From Phoronis australis (taxonomy: Eukaryota > Animalia > Phoronida), in assembly GCA_002633005.1 (NCBI GenBank), contig NMRA01000457.1, forward strand, positions 100,145 through 164,144: a stretch of 64,000 bases of DNA. The letters run 5' to 3'. Positions 26,961 through 40,460 of this stretch are shown here, piece after piece. A program made the position numbers and the translations under genes. The notes under the pieces were generated by a model, which saw only the letters and a list, made by a program, of their open reading frames with translations, was not told where the DNA came from and searched no databases. The number at the start of each line of letters is the position of its first letter. Position 1 is the stretch's first letter.

Positions 26961-27378
26961 AATAAAACAACATCACCAGTTGATTTTCTTATAAAACAAC
27001 ATAAAGGAATTAAGTAACAAAATTGTAAAAGGAGTAAAAGTCCAATTAACTAAAAATCCCAGTATGCAAAGTTACAAGGATAGTGAAAAGGAAGAACAAA
27101 GTAAAAATAGAAACGAATCACAAAACCCCATTTTGTGAATCTTCCACGTGCTGCATTTGCACGAAGGTTCAACCCATGTAGGACAAAAGATGTTTGAATT
27201 AATTATAGTCCATCGTCTTCACATTGTTGTTCAACCGGTTGCAGACCACGAATGGATGGAGATCGTTCGCAATATGTTTTTCCTGGTTGATTAGCAATTG
27301 CTTTTTTGGTTTTTCATATCTATTTGGATCACATTAGTATAGATCTCAATGACTTTCGTTTCATACATGTATAATCAA

Positions 27379-27915
27379 TTAAAGGAGAATACCAGCAGAT
27401 TTAATTAGTCTTTTTTACTGTTTCAATCGGTCTATATCCACATCGCCTCGCATACCTTGCTGAGAGGTGACGCGTTAACCTGTGAGGAAGGTGAGAAAAG
27501 ACGCAGCGATGTCAGTAGTTCATTTGCAGAGTGAATGCCGCTATGTTGCGGTGCATCGTTCCCGCTTGTTCGAACTATGAAGCTGCGAGGAAAGCGGGTA
27601 TATGTTTTTTTCGACTTTCTCGAGAGCCCGAAATGCTTAGTAAGTGACTCGCGGTAGTGAAGAATGAAAAGTACGCTGTTAATAGCAAGTATGAGGCCGT
27701 GAAACATCTCCGTGTCTGTGGCCTGCATTACCAAAGAACTATCCATACGTTCCGTTGCCTGTGCATGTTCACGGCGCCTCTCTAGTATTTCTTGATCAGT
27801 CTATTCCGGTTCGAACTGATAGCCTGTGAAACTTAACGATACAACTCACCTGCACCTGTGACGTCTTCGTCGGATAAGTTCTAGTTCAAGTCGGGAATGC
27901 GAGTTGCCATGTTGA
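27379..27915. mobile_element. Internally deleted Kolobok-like transposon: THAP domain (+) facing a YQFEP ORF head (-)
   Basis: TTAA-AGG left end. 27543-27740 (+) reads MLRCIVPACSN...CFFRL...K*L...LRVCGLH, a THAP C2CH domain with Trp mutated to TGA. The minus strand reads GYQFEPE*TDQEILER. The right terminus was not identified. Confidence 0.7.
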
Positions 27916-28249
27916 CGTTTATTATTCTGCGTTCTGTTTCAAAATGAATTATTCTCACCCTAACCAATGCTTATATAAAACAGAAACAAAGTCTGTCTTA
28001 TTAGATACAATGTGTAATGCCTTTGGAGTATTCATGAGTGCAAATGTTTGAGAAGCCAGCAATGAATAAACCACTGCGTTGTCGGTTTCAGATGCAATAA
28101 TAATTCAATGTTTGCTGACATAAAGCCATTGTGAAACAATAACCAGATTTTGTTTGCAGTCTCGTGGCTAATTCACCAAAACAATTACGTGCAAATTATT
28201 TCTTTGGCTCATTATATAGTCTTTTTGTTGTGACTGGAGTCTTAGTTTC

Positions 28250-28800
28250 CAACTTAAGCTGGTTTATGTTCGTGATGTCCAGTCCCGGTTCCGAGACACT
28301 GGTTGGGATAAGAAGCGTTTTGTGTGTTTAGACCTGAAAAAATCGCAAGTTCAAAAGTACAAAGCACAGCTATGTTCTCATGTCTGTATTTCACGGAAGA
28401 ATGATTCCAATTGATCACCAAACAGACCCAAACTCCCGCGATCGACCATGGTTAAGTGGCCTACCGAACTCTGTAGGCTACGGTACGTTCAAATATTTAT
28501 GAATCCGTAACAGTGAAATAAAATAAAAATAACACGTTTGTTCAAGAACACGATGTATTTGTAAGGGTTTTACATCGAATTTTGATGATTTATTGGTGTA
28601 AAACGATGCATTCAAGCGATAAGTTGACACTAGTAAGCATGTTGTGAACGGCTGAAAAGACTGCGTTCGACCCGATTACGTCATTGTTAATTTCAACACC
28701 TCCGTCTGCCCTCAGGTGTCAGGTAAAACAACTGAACTTGATGTTATCGAGTGGAACTACTCGATCTAAATAGATACAAAATATGTTGTTATTTTGGGAG
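28250..28800 (-). repeat. Interspersed repeat family B, copy 2
   Basis: Reverse complement of 11870-12430. Confidence 0.8.
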
Positions 28801-31449
28801 GCATTCTCCTTTAAGCGACGAGACGTCTTGGTTGCCATGTACGTGGGTGTCTCCTTCCTGTCTCCACAGAGATCAATTACACCGTTTTGCTTCAGGTTTG
28901 GCACCATAGCGATAATTTCCATACATCTGACTTGATGTCGACGTTGGGTTGTTTTAAAAATTAAAAAATTCATTGAATGCTAGTTTTATACTTGCTGGGA
29001 AACATCAAAAATGTGGAAACAAGTATTGTAATTTCTGACAATCCGTTTCATTACCTGTAGTAATCGGAATAACTGCTGTTAATGCGAAGCATATTGAAGA
29101 TCACGTCAAGGAAAGACTGCATTCTGAACATCTCAAGAATTTGCGTTCACTCAAGTTTCCACTCCACGGTGAATGTTATCTGCGAAGTGGGGGACTTCAG
29201 TCTTACTACTAGTAATGCGACGTCCAAACTGGAGAATGATTGGCCGTATAACTGAAAAATGCGCATGCGCAGATAACGTAAGCCTGGGAGGGGAAATTTG
29301 AGACATCGAATGTACCCTTGGTGTTACAGATAGGATTGATGCCAACAGACCTCCTCTTGGTTTATTAGAAACAATACGGCCAGTATGCTTACTTTCAGAG
29401 TAACGAGGTCGCGCCTCCTTCCGAAAACCGAAACGTAGAAGGAAATAGGTTTTAACTTAGCTCCCAGACATGAGTTTGACGTATGGAAGTATCCAGCGCT
29501 AGTGTGTCTATGTCCACCAAGACGCGAGATTCTTGTCCAAGCTTACACGTATAACAATCCGCGCTTAATTCTCTGGTGTCCCGAAGTGAAAAGAGACATT
29601 CAATATTGTGTTTTCACAACTACCACAAACGCAATATCTTGCCATTCTTTGTTGCACGGGCAACGAGCAGCAAAACCCGATGACTTCTCACACTAAACGC
29701 AACAGATGAGGACTTATTCCGTTAATGCTTGCCCCGATTCTACGTAGTATGTATCGACCAATAAATGCTCGTTACTCAGCTCATATAATTACCAAATCTT
29801 CAGATAGTGTTTGGTAGTCTGCAAATTTAACAGCCGGTGCTGTTGTTTCTTGGTGTTTTTGATATGATTTTGGTGATTTTTAGCACTTTAATCCTCGTTA
29901 CATATAATTACAGGAAATACTGCCGCTTTTTATCGCAAACATCGCATGTTTTTTCATACGCGGACTTTTGTAGCGAGGCGAGAAACCATTGCGTCATTTA
30001 TTTGTCACAAGACGGTTGTCCCTGCGTTTGTACCGCTGCGGCTTGCACCAGCCTTTCGGTCCCGCCTGTAATTTGTGTCACTGACCAAATATTCCTGATT
30101 TCTACACAGTTCTTGCCGTATCGACTTGAAAACTGTGCCTTGAAAACGCTCATGGATATAAGGTTGAATGGAATTTCCATTTCAGTACCAGCTCGAGAAC
30201 CGCATAATCTGCGTACAGTTTAAAGTTGTTTTAAAATATTTAGTTACATAATTAGAAATCTGCGTGTGTTCTCAACATCACGCAAAGAAATGATCCATGT
30301 GAAATGAAGACAGACAGCTTGTCAATTATTAAAGACTGGTATTCTGTACGGTTGTCGCCGAAGGTCCAGTCAAAACATCATAGTGGTTCACAGTCGGTGT
30401 AACAGAATATTTTGATCCCAGGGAAATTGATCCCTGGTCGCAAATGGCCACAGAGGATTTTTAAGAGGCAGTCTATATAAAAACCACTAGATTTTCAAAA
30501 ATCAGTCTTTACGTCAAAATTCAAAACTCCATTTTTGTACATGGATAGGTATCCTAACAAAAATCTAAATGTTAAATTTTATGCACTCAACGACGCCTGA
30601 TTTCGCCGCTCGAGCATTAGACCGGAATTAGTCACATTAGCCGTCTTGAAAATTTGATGCTTTCAGCAATGAAAATAAGTAACTTGCAAACTAGATTGAA
30701 AGTTAGCATTTTTTTAAATTTGACAGCTTTGTTCTAGACTGGGGAGATATTCCAAAGACATCTTTTCCTAGCTAATTTTAGGGGCTGTTTTGTGTTCCTC
30801 TTACCGCCATATTGCACCTTGCACCTTCATGGAACTTTTTCAAAATACAGCTAAAATGTTAGTCATAATGATTGAGCAAGAATATCTTGCCTCAACTTTA
30901 CATTTTAGTTTCTTGCAAAACTGTCTATTTTGGAATTGATGAGCAAAGTTTAATGACCATTTGAACGAAAATTTGAACAAGAATTCAGCATTAAATTGTC
31001 ATAGAAATCAAGTCTAAACTCTTTCTGGGTATATTGCGTGATCAGTATCAAAATTGAACCCAATGACCTTTGCCCAATTTTTAAATGGAAATAAACACCT
31101 TTGAATTTTGAACTTGTAAAAATTGTATAGTAAAGGCTGGTCGAGGGTATCAAAAGACCTTCCTGTTCGTTGAGAGAGTTTTCAACAAAACACACGAAAG
31201 CTTTGTGGCTTTAGTCAGACCTTCTAAAGGCACTTCACAACATCGGAGATGCTGTAAGGTACCTCATAAATCAAGGCCAGTGCCAAAGGATTAGCTCCCA
31301 CCAGCCAGAGTAGGTAAATTTGTGACTGAGCAAGACCAGTCTTGGAGTCAAATCGTATGCGATGTTCACTGAAGAGAATTTAGTGCCGGTTTTTCACCCA
31401 AGCAGAAAGTGTCTGTACACCTGAACACCTGCAATGACAGTAGTCAGTC

Positions 31450-31633
31450 CAGTGGCGTAGCGAGCACCTCCTTGCCCCCCCCCCCGTCGACACCTCAAGT
31501 GGACCCTCCCCACCCCGGCCATACCGGTCAGTTAAGTGATGTTTCAGGTGGTGTCCCCCTTAAACAACACCTGTTTGGCACCCTTTTAGGCAGGCGCTCG
31601 GGTGCACGTGACCCCCCTCTTGCTATGCCACAG
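31450..31633. mobile_element. Short hAT-type MITE
   Basis: Ends CAGTGGCGTAGC / GCTATGCCACAG with poly-C tracts. No clear TSD. Confidence 0.55.
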
Positions 31634-33594
31634 AGACACTCGGTATGTTTGAAGTCCAGGCCGTTACTTGCGTTGAAGTTTGTTGACCTAATGTCTATCA
31701 TGAACTGAGTCATTGATATAATTGTCTTTCAAGAATTATTTCTATTGAATTTGAATGTTTGCTGCACTGTAGGGGCGACCGGGAGGTGGGGGGGGGGGGG
31801 GGNACAGGCAATACGAACGGAAAATTACAATGAGTTTTGAACGACGGAATTGTCGAATTTTTTACACTGAACAGGCGGTCATAGCCCCCTTGGGTCTTTA
31901 TGCCAGTGGCTCTCACAACGAAGATAAAAACGAGAGAAATGCAGATTCGGCTTCTAGTCGCGTCAACCAGACTCCATGGAAACAAACAGCGACGTCATTT
32001 ATCATTTAGAGACGAAGCACGCATGCCAGTCATAATTTACGTACATAGTTTTTTGTAATAAGGAACAATCAGCATTGTGCTTTTCAGGGAATGGTAATTA
32101 GTAATACTGCTTGTTTTTCTCTAGCATACAAGCTATTTACGTCTCGTTTTTGCAAGCTAATTACATGTTCCAAGAGCCTCTGTGGGTGGTTGAGGCAACT
32201 GAGAACAGGCAAATAGGACCAAGTGCAGTTGATGTAATACTTAGTAAGCAAAAACTACGGGAGAGCCAAGATCTTTGATTTTAGATTATAAGCAGGTTAG
32301 GAATGACTGAAGGGTGCAATATGGCTATAACAAAGTGTCAAAATTGGCCGAAAATGGCTTCATTGAAAACCTTCAAAAAGCCATTTTTGCCACACTAAGT
32401 CAAAGAAAATGAAGTTTGATCGTTAAGCTATTATTTAATCGTAGTCCTTTCAAACCGTGTCACTCATTTGTTATCAGCTTACTATACATGCTAGTAAAAC
32501 GCATTCAAACATGTCTACTTTGGCGCCCAATTTTGTTGCAAAATGGAAGTACCGGTCATAAGAAGAGAAATAATGGATGAAAATTCTTGAAAGGTGAGAA
32601 ATTACGTAGAAAATAAATCTGAAACTGAGCGTTTTACCGTCTTGTTACGAAACATTCTTGGATAATAAAAAGATCATCCTTAAACATTGAAAGGTGAGAA
32701 TATTCTACATCTCGCCAAACCAAACTCCTGTGCTAAGTTTCAAAGAAATCAATGATTTTGGGTTCAGACTCTACCTGTTGGTTTTTTACACGGAGTAACT
32801 CTTAACTGTTGGAAACCGCCACTGGATTAAACATGAATCTGTCCAGGGTCGTCACCAATGTTTGGCTATGGCCTAAAACTGCCTCCATCTTCCGTCGCCA
32901 ATGTTCGCCGGCGACCCCTAGCAAATTTTATTTTGACAATATTAAACCGTTTAAAATGAACTTTTTTCGGAACAGACATTTTCTAAGAAATTTGAGCGTT
33001 TTACCGTCTTGTTACGAAACATACTTGGATAATAAAAGAATCATCCTTAAACATTCGAAATCCTAAATTGCGGAAAAATAGAGAAATCTGTCGTATAACA
33101 ACGCCACTTAAAGTCCTCAACAGACCATCCCTCACGTCGTCTATGCGTGACCATAATTCTTTAGTTCACCAAAGTCTTATGAGGCATGGTTCGTGGTCCT
33201 CACAGGGGTCTTGCTTACTGACAGTTACCATCGGGAGCTGGCGATTACTTTTGAGTGAAAATATGTGCAACCCCGAAAGCTGAACACCTTCAGACTTACC
33301 TGCCAATAACCATTGGTCGGTTTGATATTCTTTGACCCCTGTCAATTATTATCAATTTAAATCCAATGTTAAAACCAGAAGAGTAGTTGAGTGTATATCA
33401 GTGAAAGAGCACGGCATTGATTTGGTCTTACCAAATGACAACAATTATATTATTATTGGTTTGCTGACAAAACGGTCATTCTGGGTTAATGCTTTCGTGC
33501 CGAGAGGTCCTTGAACAAGAATATCAGTTTCGAGCAAAAGGTTCGAACTCATAACTTAATATTGTAATCTTTTTCCTTTGGGCTTATTCTGTAG

Positions 33595-33694
33595 CATTGA
33601 AAATGGTTCAGGATTGAACCAAAACGCTGGAGTATGAACTTATCTGCGTTAGTTGTGTTATCGCTTATTACACTCTTTCACAGTGCTGTGAAAG
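33595..33694 (+). CDS. Candidate signal-peptide exon (MNLSALVVLSLITLFHSAVK)
   Basis: Pyrimidine-rich acceptor at 33593-33594, ATG at 33634 and a hydrophobic signal-like peptide. The donor would be a weak AG|GCAGCA. Confidence 0.25.
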
Positions 33695-33776
33695 GCAGCA
33701 TTTTGGAATGTTGTTTATCGTGGCTTCTCAATGGTTTAAGTAATGAAACCGACGTCATAATATTTAGTCATCCCCC

Positions 33777-33940
33777 TTTGTTGAAAATTGGGAAACCACT
33801 TTCAGTTTACTGTTACGCAGCATGGCGACCACCTTCGACTTGAATAGTTGCAATTTATTAAGAAAGGGCAGTGATGGAAGCAAACAAAATCAAGATAACC
33901 CCGATCACGTGGCTAAGCCCAAACAAGTACAAACGCATTC
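33777..33940 (+). repeat. Repeat family D (inverted copy at 54920-55078)
   Basis: Shared gggaaacc..ttcagt.tactgttacg, gggcagtgat and cccgatc.cgtggctaagcccaaaca. Confidence 0.85.
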
Positions 33941-34551
33941 CAAAATAATATGAGATTTTCACAAAGTCTCAAAAATTTTTTTCACCCAATTCAATTGAAA
34001 GTGGGTGCAATAGATAGTCTTTTTAGTTGTGATGTCATTTCAAAATTTACTTTGGCAAAATGAGCTTTTAATTAGCTGTAATTAACGTTTGAAAACTCAC
34101 GTTCCATGTGACAAAGGGCATTTCTCACATGGAACATTGCATTCTCACATGTGACATTTGAATGTTCCATGTGAGATTTTNCCCAAATATAATTACAAAA
34201 AAACAGATTGGCAATTTATTCCATCATCCAGACGCCTCTTTGAAAGCGGCATCTTAACATGACAGGATGTACGATTTTACAAAAACTCGAAAGGGGCAGC
34301 ATGGGATTCCTCCATCTGAGTCCCTGTCCAAGAGAGGGCACCTGATGAAAGAGTCAACACTGAAAGAGCGACAGCCAATTCCATAACCTGAGGCCCCTTA
34401 AAAATCTCATCTCAATGGGTTATTCTAGTACAAACACAAAATATGTACCACATTAAATTATGTACAACATGCTACAATGTTTTCTTTTTTGTTATCAAAC
34501 TACAAGCCTTTTTCAACGCAATTTTGAACCTCGGACGAAATACGAAAAGCA

Positions 34552-35375
34552 TCGATTATTTCCGTGGCCTGAGTTCCCTGTGCGTCACTTCAGCAATGAT
34601 CATTCCTGAATGCCGGCTATGACGTCTTTGAAAATGTACTGGTACAACCTGAGGGTAAATTCGTTATTTTTGCTTAGTTCTCTTTTCGTTTACATTTTGG
34701 TTCTTGTCATACAAATTTGATTGTCTATTATCCAAGTGTTGAGGCAGTTGTTTGCGTATAAAAAACAGTCTTCATTATAACTGAAAGTTGAACTGGCAAA
34801 TGCGTCACACTTCCCGCAAGCAGCACTACGTCCCTGACTTATCGCGATGGTGCGGGAAATTTGAATTTTGAACCTCTATGGTAATAAATTAAAGAAAGAA
34901 AAATCTAGATCAGCAAGTGTATTCCCTTGTACTTTTCTTGGTCTTAAACTTGAAATAAAATGTGGTTAGCGACAGCGCACTTTATAAATTCGTTTGACAA
35001 CAAACCGAAAGCGGTAACAGAAACATCCACGTCGATCATTTTATTGCAAACGAACACAATGTTCGCACTTCTCAACTAATTGCAATAATGCCCACCTGTG
35101 TTTGATTATTGCTGGCTGACTGCCACCACAACGGAGTCGCTGACGCGGCGACAGCAAGTCTTCTAATGTAGTTGTATCACATCGCTTAATTGACTTTAAA
35201 TGTTCATCATTATACCGTTTAAACGTACTGACGTTAACAATTTATAATCACCATTCACCATTGCTTGAGAATAAAATCTGTCGATTAAATAACTGAAAGC
35301 GCAAAATGCCAAGAATGGAGATGTGTAGTAAAATGTAGATTATCAGCTGAATGTTTGCGATGAGAAACTATTCTC
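34552..35375 (+). repeat. Repeat family A, copy 1
   Basis: Diverged but colinear with 43411-44600 and 48064-49190 (cgattatt..cctgagtt.cctgtgcgtc..ttcctgaatg; agctgaatgt..gcgatg). Confidence 0.7.
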
Positions 35376-35519
35376 AGTAATTTCTTACACCATACCAGGT
35401 ATTGGCCTATTGCCTACCACATGGGCTCGACCAAAACGGCAAATATAACGTGAGGTACCAAATGGGTACGCAAAATGCCAAATCTGCTAATAACAGTGAT
35501 ATACAATATCAGATGGGTA

Positions 35520-35730
35520 CACTCAACCGCCAACTGGACGATAAGATTACTTCGAAAGCAGGTTCCAGTCAAGCTGAATGAGCAGATCTAACCAAGGTGT
35601 GGTTGGTAACGTTTATTTCTGCCTGGATGAGCAGTGCTGTCACTATGTAGGTGCATAGTCCAGGCAGGAACTTGGTGGTGTGACGCTCTTATGGTCTCAT
35701 AGGAGCCATGCCCGGGGTGGTTTCTCAAAT
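35520..35730 (+). repeat. Possible tRNA-derived SINE with Nin/Deu-like central domain
   Basis: B-box-like caggttccagtc, then ttctgcctgga...ctatgtaggtgcatagtccaggcagg, which pairs internally. The family resemblance is from memory only. Confidence 0.35.
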
Positions 35731-36331
35731 GATGTATTTTGTATTTTGCACACTGTCTCAAGTTCCTTTCCCCAATCTCCCGTCTTCTGTGATGGGTTCA
35801 CTCAGTCTTCAGTCATAGCGACTTCGAAAAAGTTCTAGAATTACGGTAGACTTCCTTAGAGGCTGTATCAACCTAAGTGACCGGAGGCATTACGTTGTCT
35901 ATACCGTTAGGGAGGGTGGGACTGATGCAGATCGACCTGTGAGATTCGGAAAACATAACTTAATAGTGAAAGAGGTGCTGGATTCAGTTCATGAGGCGAG
36001 AGAGAGGGGGGGGGAGGGAGATGGAGAGAGAAAGAGAAGGCGATCAGCGCCCTCCCGTCAAGGGCTATATCAGTAACCACTGAAGAGCAAATCGAGTGTT
36101 CATTTGTTCAAACGGAGGGGTTGACGACACAGTGCTATAGCCTAAGTTCTATTATTGGGGACAAATAACCCAGCACGAGAGCTACTTTATTGACGCTTAT
36201 TTATGGAGGTCTGTTGGCAATTTCTGGATCGCGTTTCTACATCACGCCTCTATACACAGTGGTGACGATACGCACTAGATAGTATAGGATGCCATGAAAC
36301 ACCAGTAAACACTAGGCCTACAGTGTAGGTT

Positions 36332-36621
36332 CAGTGGCGGATCTACGGGGGGTTCATGGGGTTTAACCCCCCCAGAACCCAAAAGTAAAAAACCAAAAAC
36401 GTCTCCAGCAAAACAAAAACGGCACCGCTAGTGTGTGTAAACCCCAAGTAAACCAACTTGGAAAAAATTGAGGGGGGTCACTCTGAAAATATAATTTTTT
36501 GCATTGTGAATTGCTGAGTGTTCGTGGCTCATCGGCAAAACGCACGGAGATCAATTGATTGTGTCCGAGCTTCCGTTGACACTTCTGAAGTAGCCAAGCA
36601 TTTTAGATGGATCCACCGCTG
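36332..36621. mobile_element. hAT-type MITE
   Basis: Ends CAGTGGCGGATC / GATCCACCGCTG with G/C tracts. No TSD seen. Confidence 0.55.
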
Positions 36622-37343
36622 AAAGAGCAGTTCTATAGCTGATTCCTTTAGGCAACTAGCTTCTTTATTCTAAGATATGTTTTGATTTGATTAGGGGAAA
36701 TACTGTGGTGCTGCAACCCTGATATTCAGGCCAAATGGAGGTGCAACGTTTTTACTTCATCAGTCATGCCATGTCATTCTATTACACTCCACACGTTTGT
36801 AACTGATGTACAGTAAAATTGTCTTACGCAATATCATACAGTGTACACGTACATGTAATATTTTTTAACGAAATTATTTTTCCGAAGAATTGCTATTGTG
36901 GCGGGCGCCGTGGTCTCGTCGCGAGTCCGTTTGAAGATACACTCTAACAAGTTATGTCAATACAAGGAATGAACAAGGGGTGAACTCACATTGACAAAGT
37001 GACCGCATTCGCAAACAGTGTACAGTACCAGAAATTGCGGGGAGGCTGTTCTTTCACAGCAAAGTCTTGCGGGACTCGTGCGATGTTCAATAGGCCTCTT
37101 AAGGAGCCCTAGTTCCGACCTCAATACCTACCGTCTTTCTACCTGAAATGAGCACCACTGCCGTTTTCTATACCGTGAATTTCCGCAGAAAGGCCCACCC
37201 GATGAAACGCTCATGCCCATGTGGGCATTTATTTGATGTTAGTACTTCGAGTTTCAAGCGTTCAGACATTGGGAAGTTTATTTCGAAAATTGCAAGAGAT
37301 GCAAATAGGTCCTGGGATACATCGTCAAGGTTTGAAGTAGTCC

Positions 37344-37613
37344 ATGATGAACGGATCAAATTTGGTTGCGCATGTAAATCTTTTGAATGGACTTGGCAAC
37401 CTCAAGGGTTTTAGTGCCAACAGAGCTGCGAAACGAGATACTGACATTGTAGAGGCTTACAAGCTCATTGACACAGCAGTTGACGAAGTGCAAGCGTTGG
37501 GAACAAACATCGAAGATATCTGGGTAGAATGGTTCCAAGACGAGCAAACCATTGGATCCGATATACAGATTCCTCGGCAGTCTAGACAACAAAAGGATAG
37601 GACTAACGCATGA
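37344..37613 (+). mobile_element. hAT transposase fragment (PRKRIR/THAP12-like)
   Basis: KRDTDIVEAYKLIDTAVDEVQALGTNIEDIWVEWF...IPRQSRQQKDRTN resembles the segment before the hAT dimerisation domain. Confidence 0.7.
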
Positions 37614-39259
37614 GTAACCACTGGGAATTAAAAAGTGTCTAGAGAGAAGTTTTCAATTCAAATTTTTTTGCATAGTACACTTTAAGTCTCGCGACGGACC
37701 AGGCCAGCTTGACTTGTGTAGATGTTGAGTTTCAGTGTACTTCTGGTCCCTCGGCGAACTAGTCTTGTGATTTTTTTTTACCAAAGTGCGCATTTTTAAA
37801 CTATTTATCTCAGCCAGTACTGTTTGGTCCCGAGACAGATCGACTATTTTTATAGGGATAATAAGCACAGGTGTAATCTTGGTCTCGTGACGAACCAGGT
37901 CTTCCTTTTTGTGTACTCTCAGTGTACATCTGGTCACTCTGCAAACTAGTCCAGTATATATTTCAACATTGAACACAGGATGTTTTGGTTTCGTGAAACT
38001 GTTTTCAGATGATTTATTTCCTGAAACATTTGACGTTTTTCAATTGTCAACGTGATTCAGCTTAACAAAGTGATACTTAATTACTTATTGTCGCTTTTAA
38101 TAATAGACTATGAGCTGAGATCACCATCGTTCGCCAGTTTTTTTTTTCGTAACGAGACAGAAAACGTGATTGATACGCCAGAACGAATACGAGTTAGTTG
38201 CTAGTGGGTACCAGGTGGTAACCTATAGGTAGATATGCAGTCCAGGTATGTATCAACAGCTATGGCGATGTTGTGGCTAACTTATCGCCACATGGACTGG
38301 GATGTTCGTGGACGAGCAGCTTCGTCCACCGTAACGCGCTCACTCTTCAGTAGTCGGTCAAAGGGACTCGCTGGAGAGCTACGGTAGAAAATTGGAAGTA
38401 TACTTAATAAACTGCAACTGCAAGGAAATTTCTGCTGTGTATTTTACACGAGGTCAAATATGCATTGCAAAAGGCCGTGTTTAAGCCTTTTTAAAAGCTT
38501 AAAATATCCCAGAATGCTCTCATAGACGAAAAGAACATACAGCGCTAACTATTGTGTTAAACTAAAACTAATACACGAGTACGTTCCTCTTAAAAAACCT
38601 AAAAATAAGGCTTTATCAAATCTTGTTCACAAAAATTAGCCGTTTTTACAATAGTTCACATATGTCTTGCAAAATACCTGAACTTTATTATCAGGGAACT
38701 TCAAATGAAAATATAAACCGTGTATCGAGAAAAAAGATTTAGCAGAACCTCCTCTAACCACGTGGAAATGTGTTTTACTACTTATCCGAGGTCAAAGACT
38801 ACAGGACTCTGACTCGAATCGAATCTACCGCCGAGCATAGAGCAGTTCCGTATGTAACCTTAGTTCTTTCATTCACCGAGTCGCCATAATATTGAGTGCA
38901 TGAGGTGTACATAGGATAGAAACATGCCGGCGAAAACGACGAAAACAAAACGGCCATACACCTCTATGGTTTCCGACATGAAAATGTGCCGTACATTCCA
39001 AAAGTACCTGTAGGTCAATGAAAACAACGTTCACACTTTCTTACCTTCGGGATGAAGGAGAGATCTATTGCCGTGGAATCTGGGACGGCACAACAATATT
39101 CCGAAAGACATGGCTCCCATCAAACACACTCATTTACTTTATCTTCATCTATGACGAGTATATCGGAACACTTTTTAACGGAGAAACTTTGCTTGCACTG
39201 AACTGCGCTTAAAAAAAAAACAGTGCAGGTGGTCTGATGTAATTTGCGGTGCATCAGAC

Positions 39260-40460
39260 GTGCGCAGGCCTCATTGTTGGGCCCATTGCACAAAACGCCT
39301 GAGCAAAGGCACGAGACCCCAATTATGGCTCCTCATGAAGAAAGTTTTCAAGTCTGCCAGTCTCCTTTAGGAAAACGGACAGACGTTTCCATTTGTTGCC
39401 ATGCACTATATGTTGTAGGCATGTAACAGTGCCATCCAGTAGGTTGCTCCTTAGCCTATAAAAAGCTGGGCAAGACTCTACCAGGTGTTTAGGAGATTCT
39501 ACGTCAGTACCACACTCGGGACACACAGGGCTCCCCATATGCCCAGTAATGTGTCTGTGTCGGGCTAGGTTGCAGTGGCCCGTCAAAATTTGAATGACGT
39601 GTCTTATACCCAATCTATCTAGACTCAGAAGGCTTTTTGAACCTTTTGGTTCGATCACGTTGGGAAAATTCTCCTTGGTTTCTCGGCAGGAGTTAAGTGA
39701 TGCCCACTGGGCTGCTGACTGGGTATGTACCCAGTTGCGTATACTCATCCTGCAACATCCGTAAGATACCGGGATAGCAGGTTCAGGCACAAAATGCAGA
39801 ACGCTTGCTCCTATCTTTGCGAGTCTGTCTGCATTCTCATTGCCATCAATTCCCACATGGGCCCTGACCCAGCGTATATTGACGGTTCTTTCAATTGCAA
39901 GCTTGTTAAGCTCATTAATACAAGCATTAACACAACGAGAGTTGACCTTAATTTCTTTAGGGTTTTTATTGCTGCCTAGCTATCTGAAAAGATGGTAATT
40001 GGCCGATTGCCAAGTTCAGTGTTATATTGTTGTGCCAGTTGATCAGCTCTATTAATTGCAGTGATCTCAGCCTGAAACACCGTGGCAAGATTGCCTAACG
40101 ATACCCAGTTTTCAGCATCTGCAGCAGGAAGGCCATTTTTCAGTTTAGAGCCGTCCGTATAACAGACCACCTCATTCTTGTGTTCTGCGGTAGGCCATCC
40201 ATCGCCAATTTCCGTGAAGAAATTGTTTGTATGATTTAAAGCTGTGACCTGGACATCACTAGGCATGTTCCATAGTTGCCCAGTCTTGGCCATTCCTGCC
40301 ATTAGCTTAGCTGTGCTTGGAATGCATACACTTTTAAGAGTGTCTTGTTTTATTGCAGCGATGAAAATACAAATCACTGGAACCACTAAGACCTACCTCA
40401 TAGCCATGGGCGGTTTTGATATTAAATTGAGAGGAATTCAGGATGTTAAGGTAGGTAAAC
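39260..40460 (-). mobile_element. 3' part of an RNase H-bearing non-LTR retrotransposon (LOA/Lian-like)
   Basis: RNase H motifs YTDGSK, TVFQAEITAI, IFSDS and GIDGNENADRLAK, followed by LTGHC and a CPEC..ESPKHLVESC CCHC knuckle. A stop and a frameshift are present. Confidence 0.9.
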
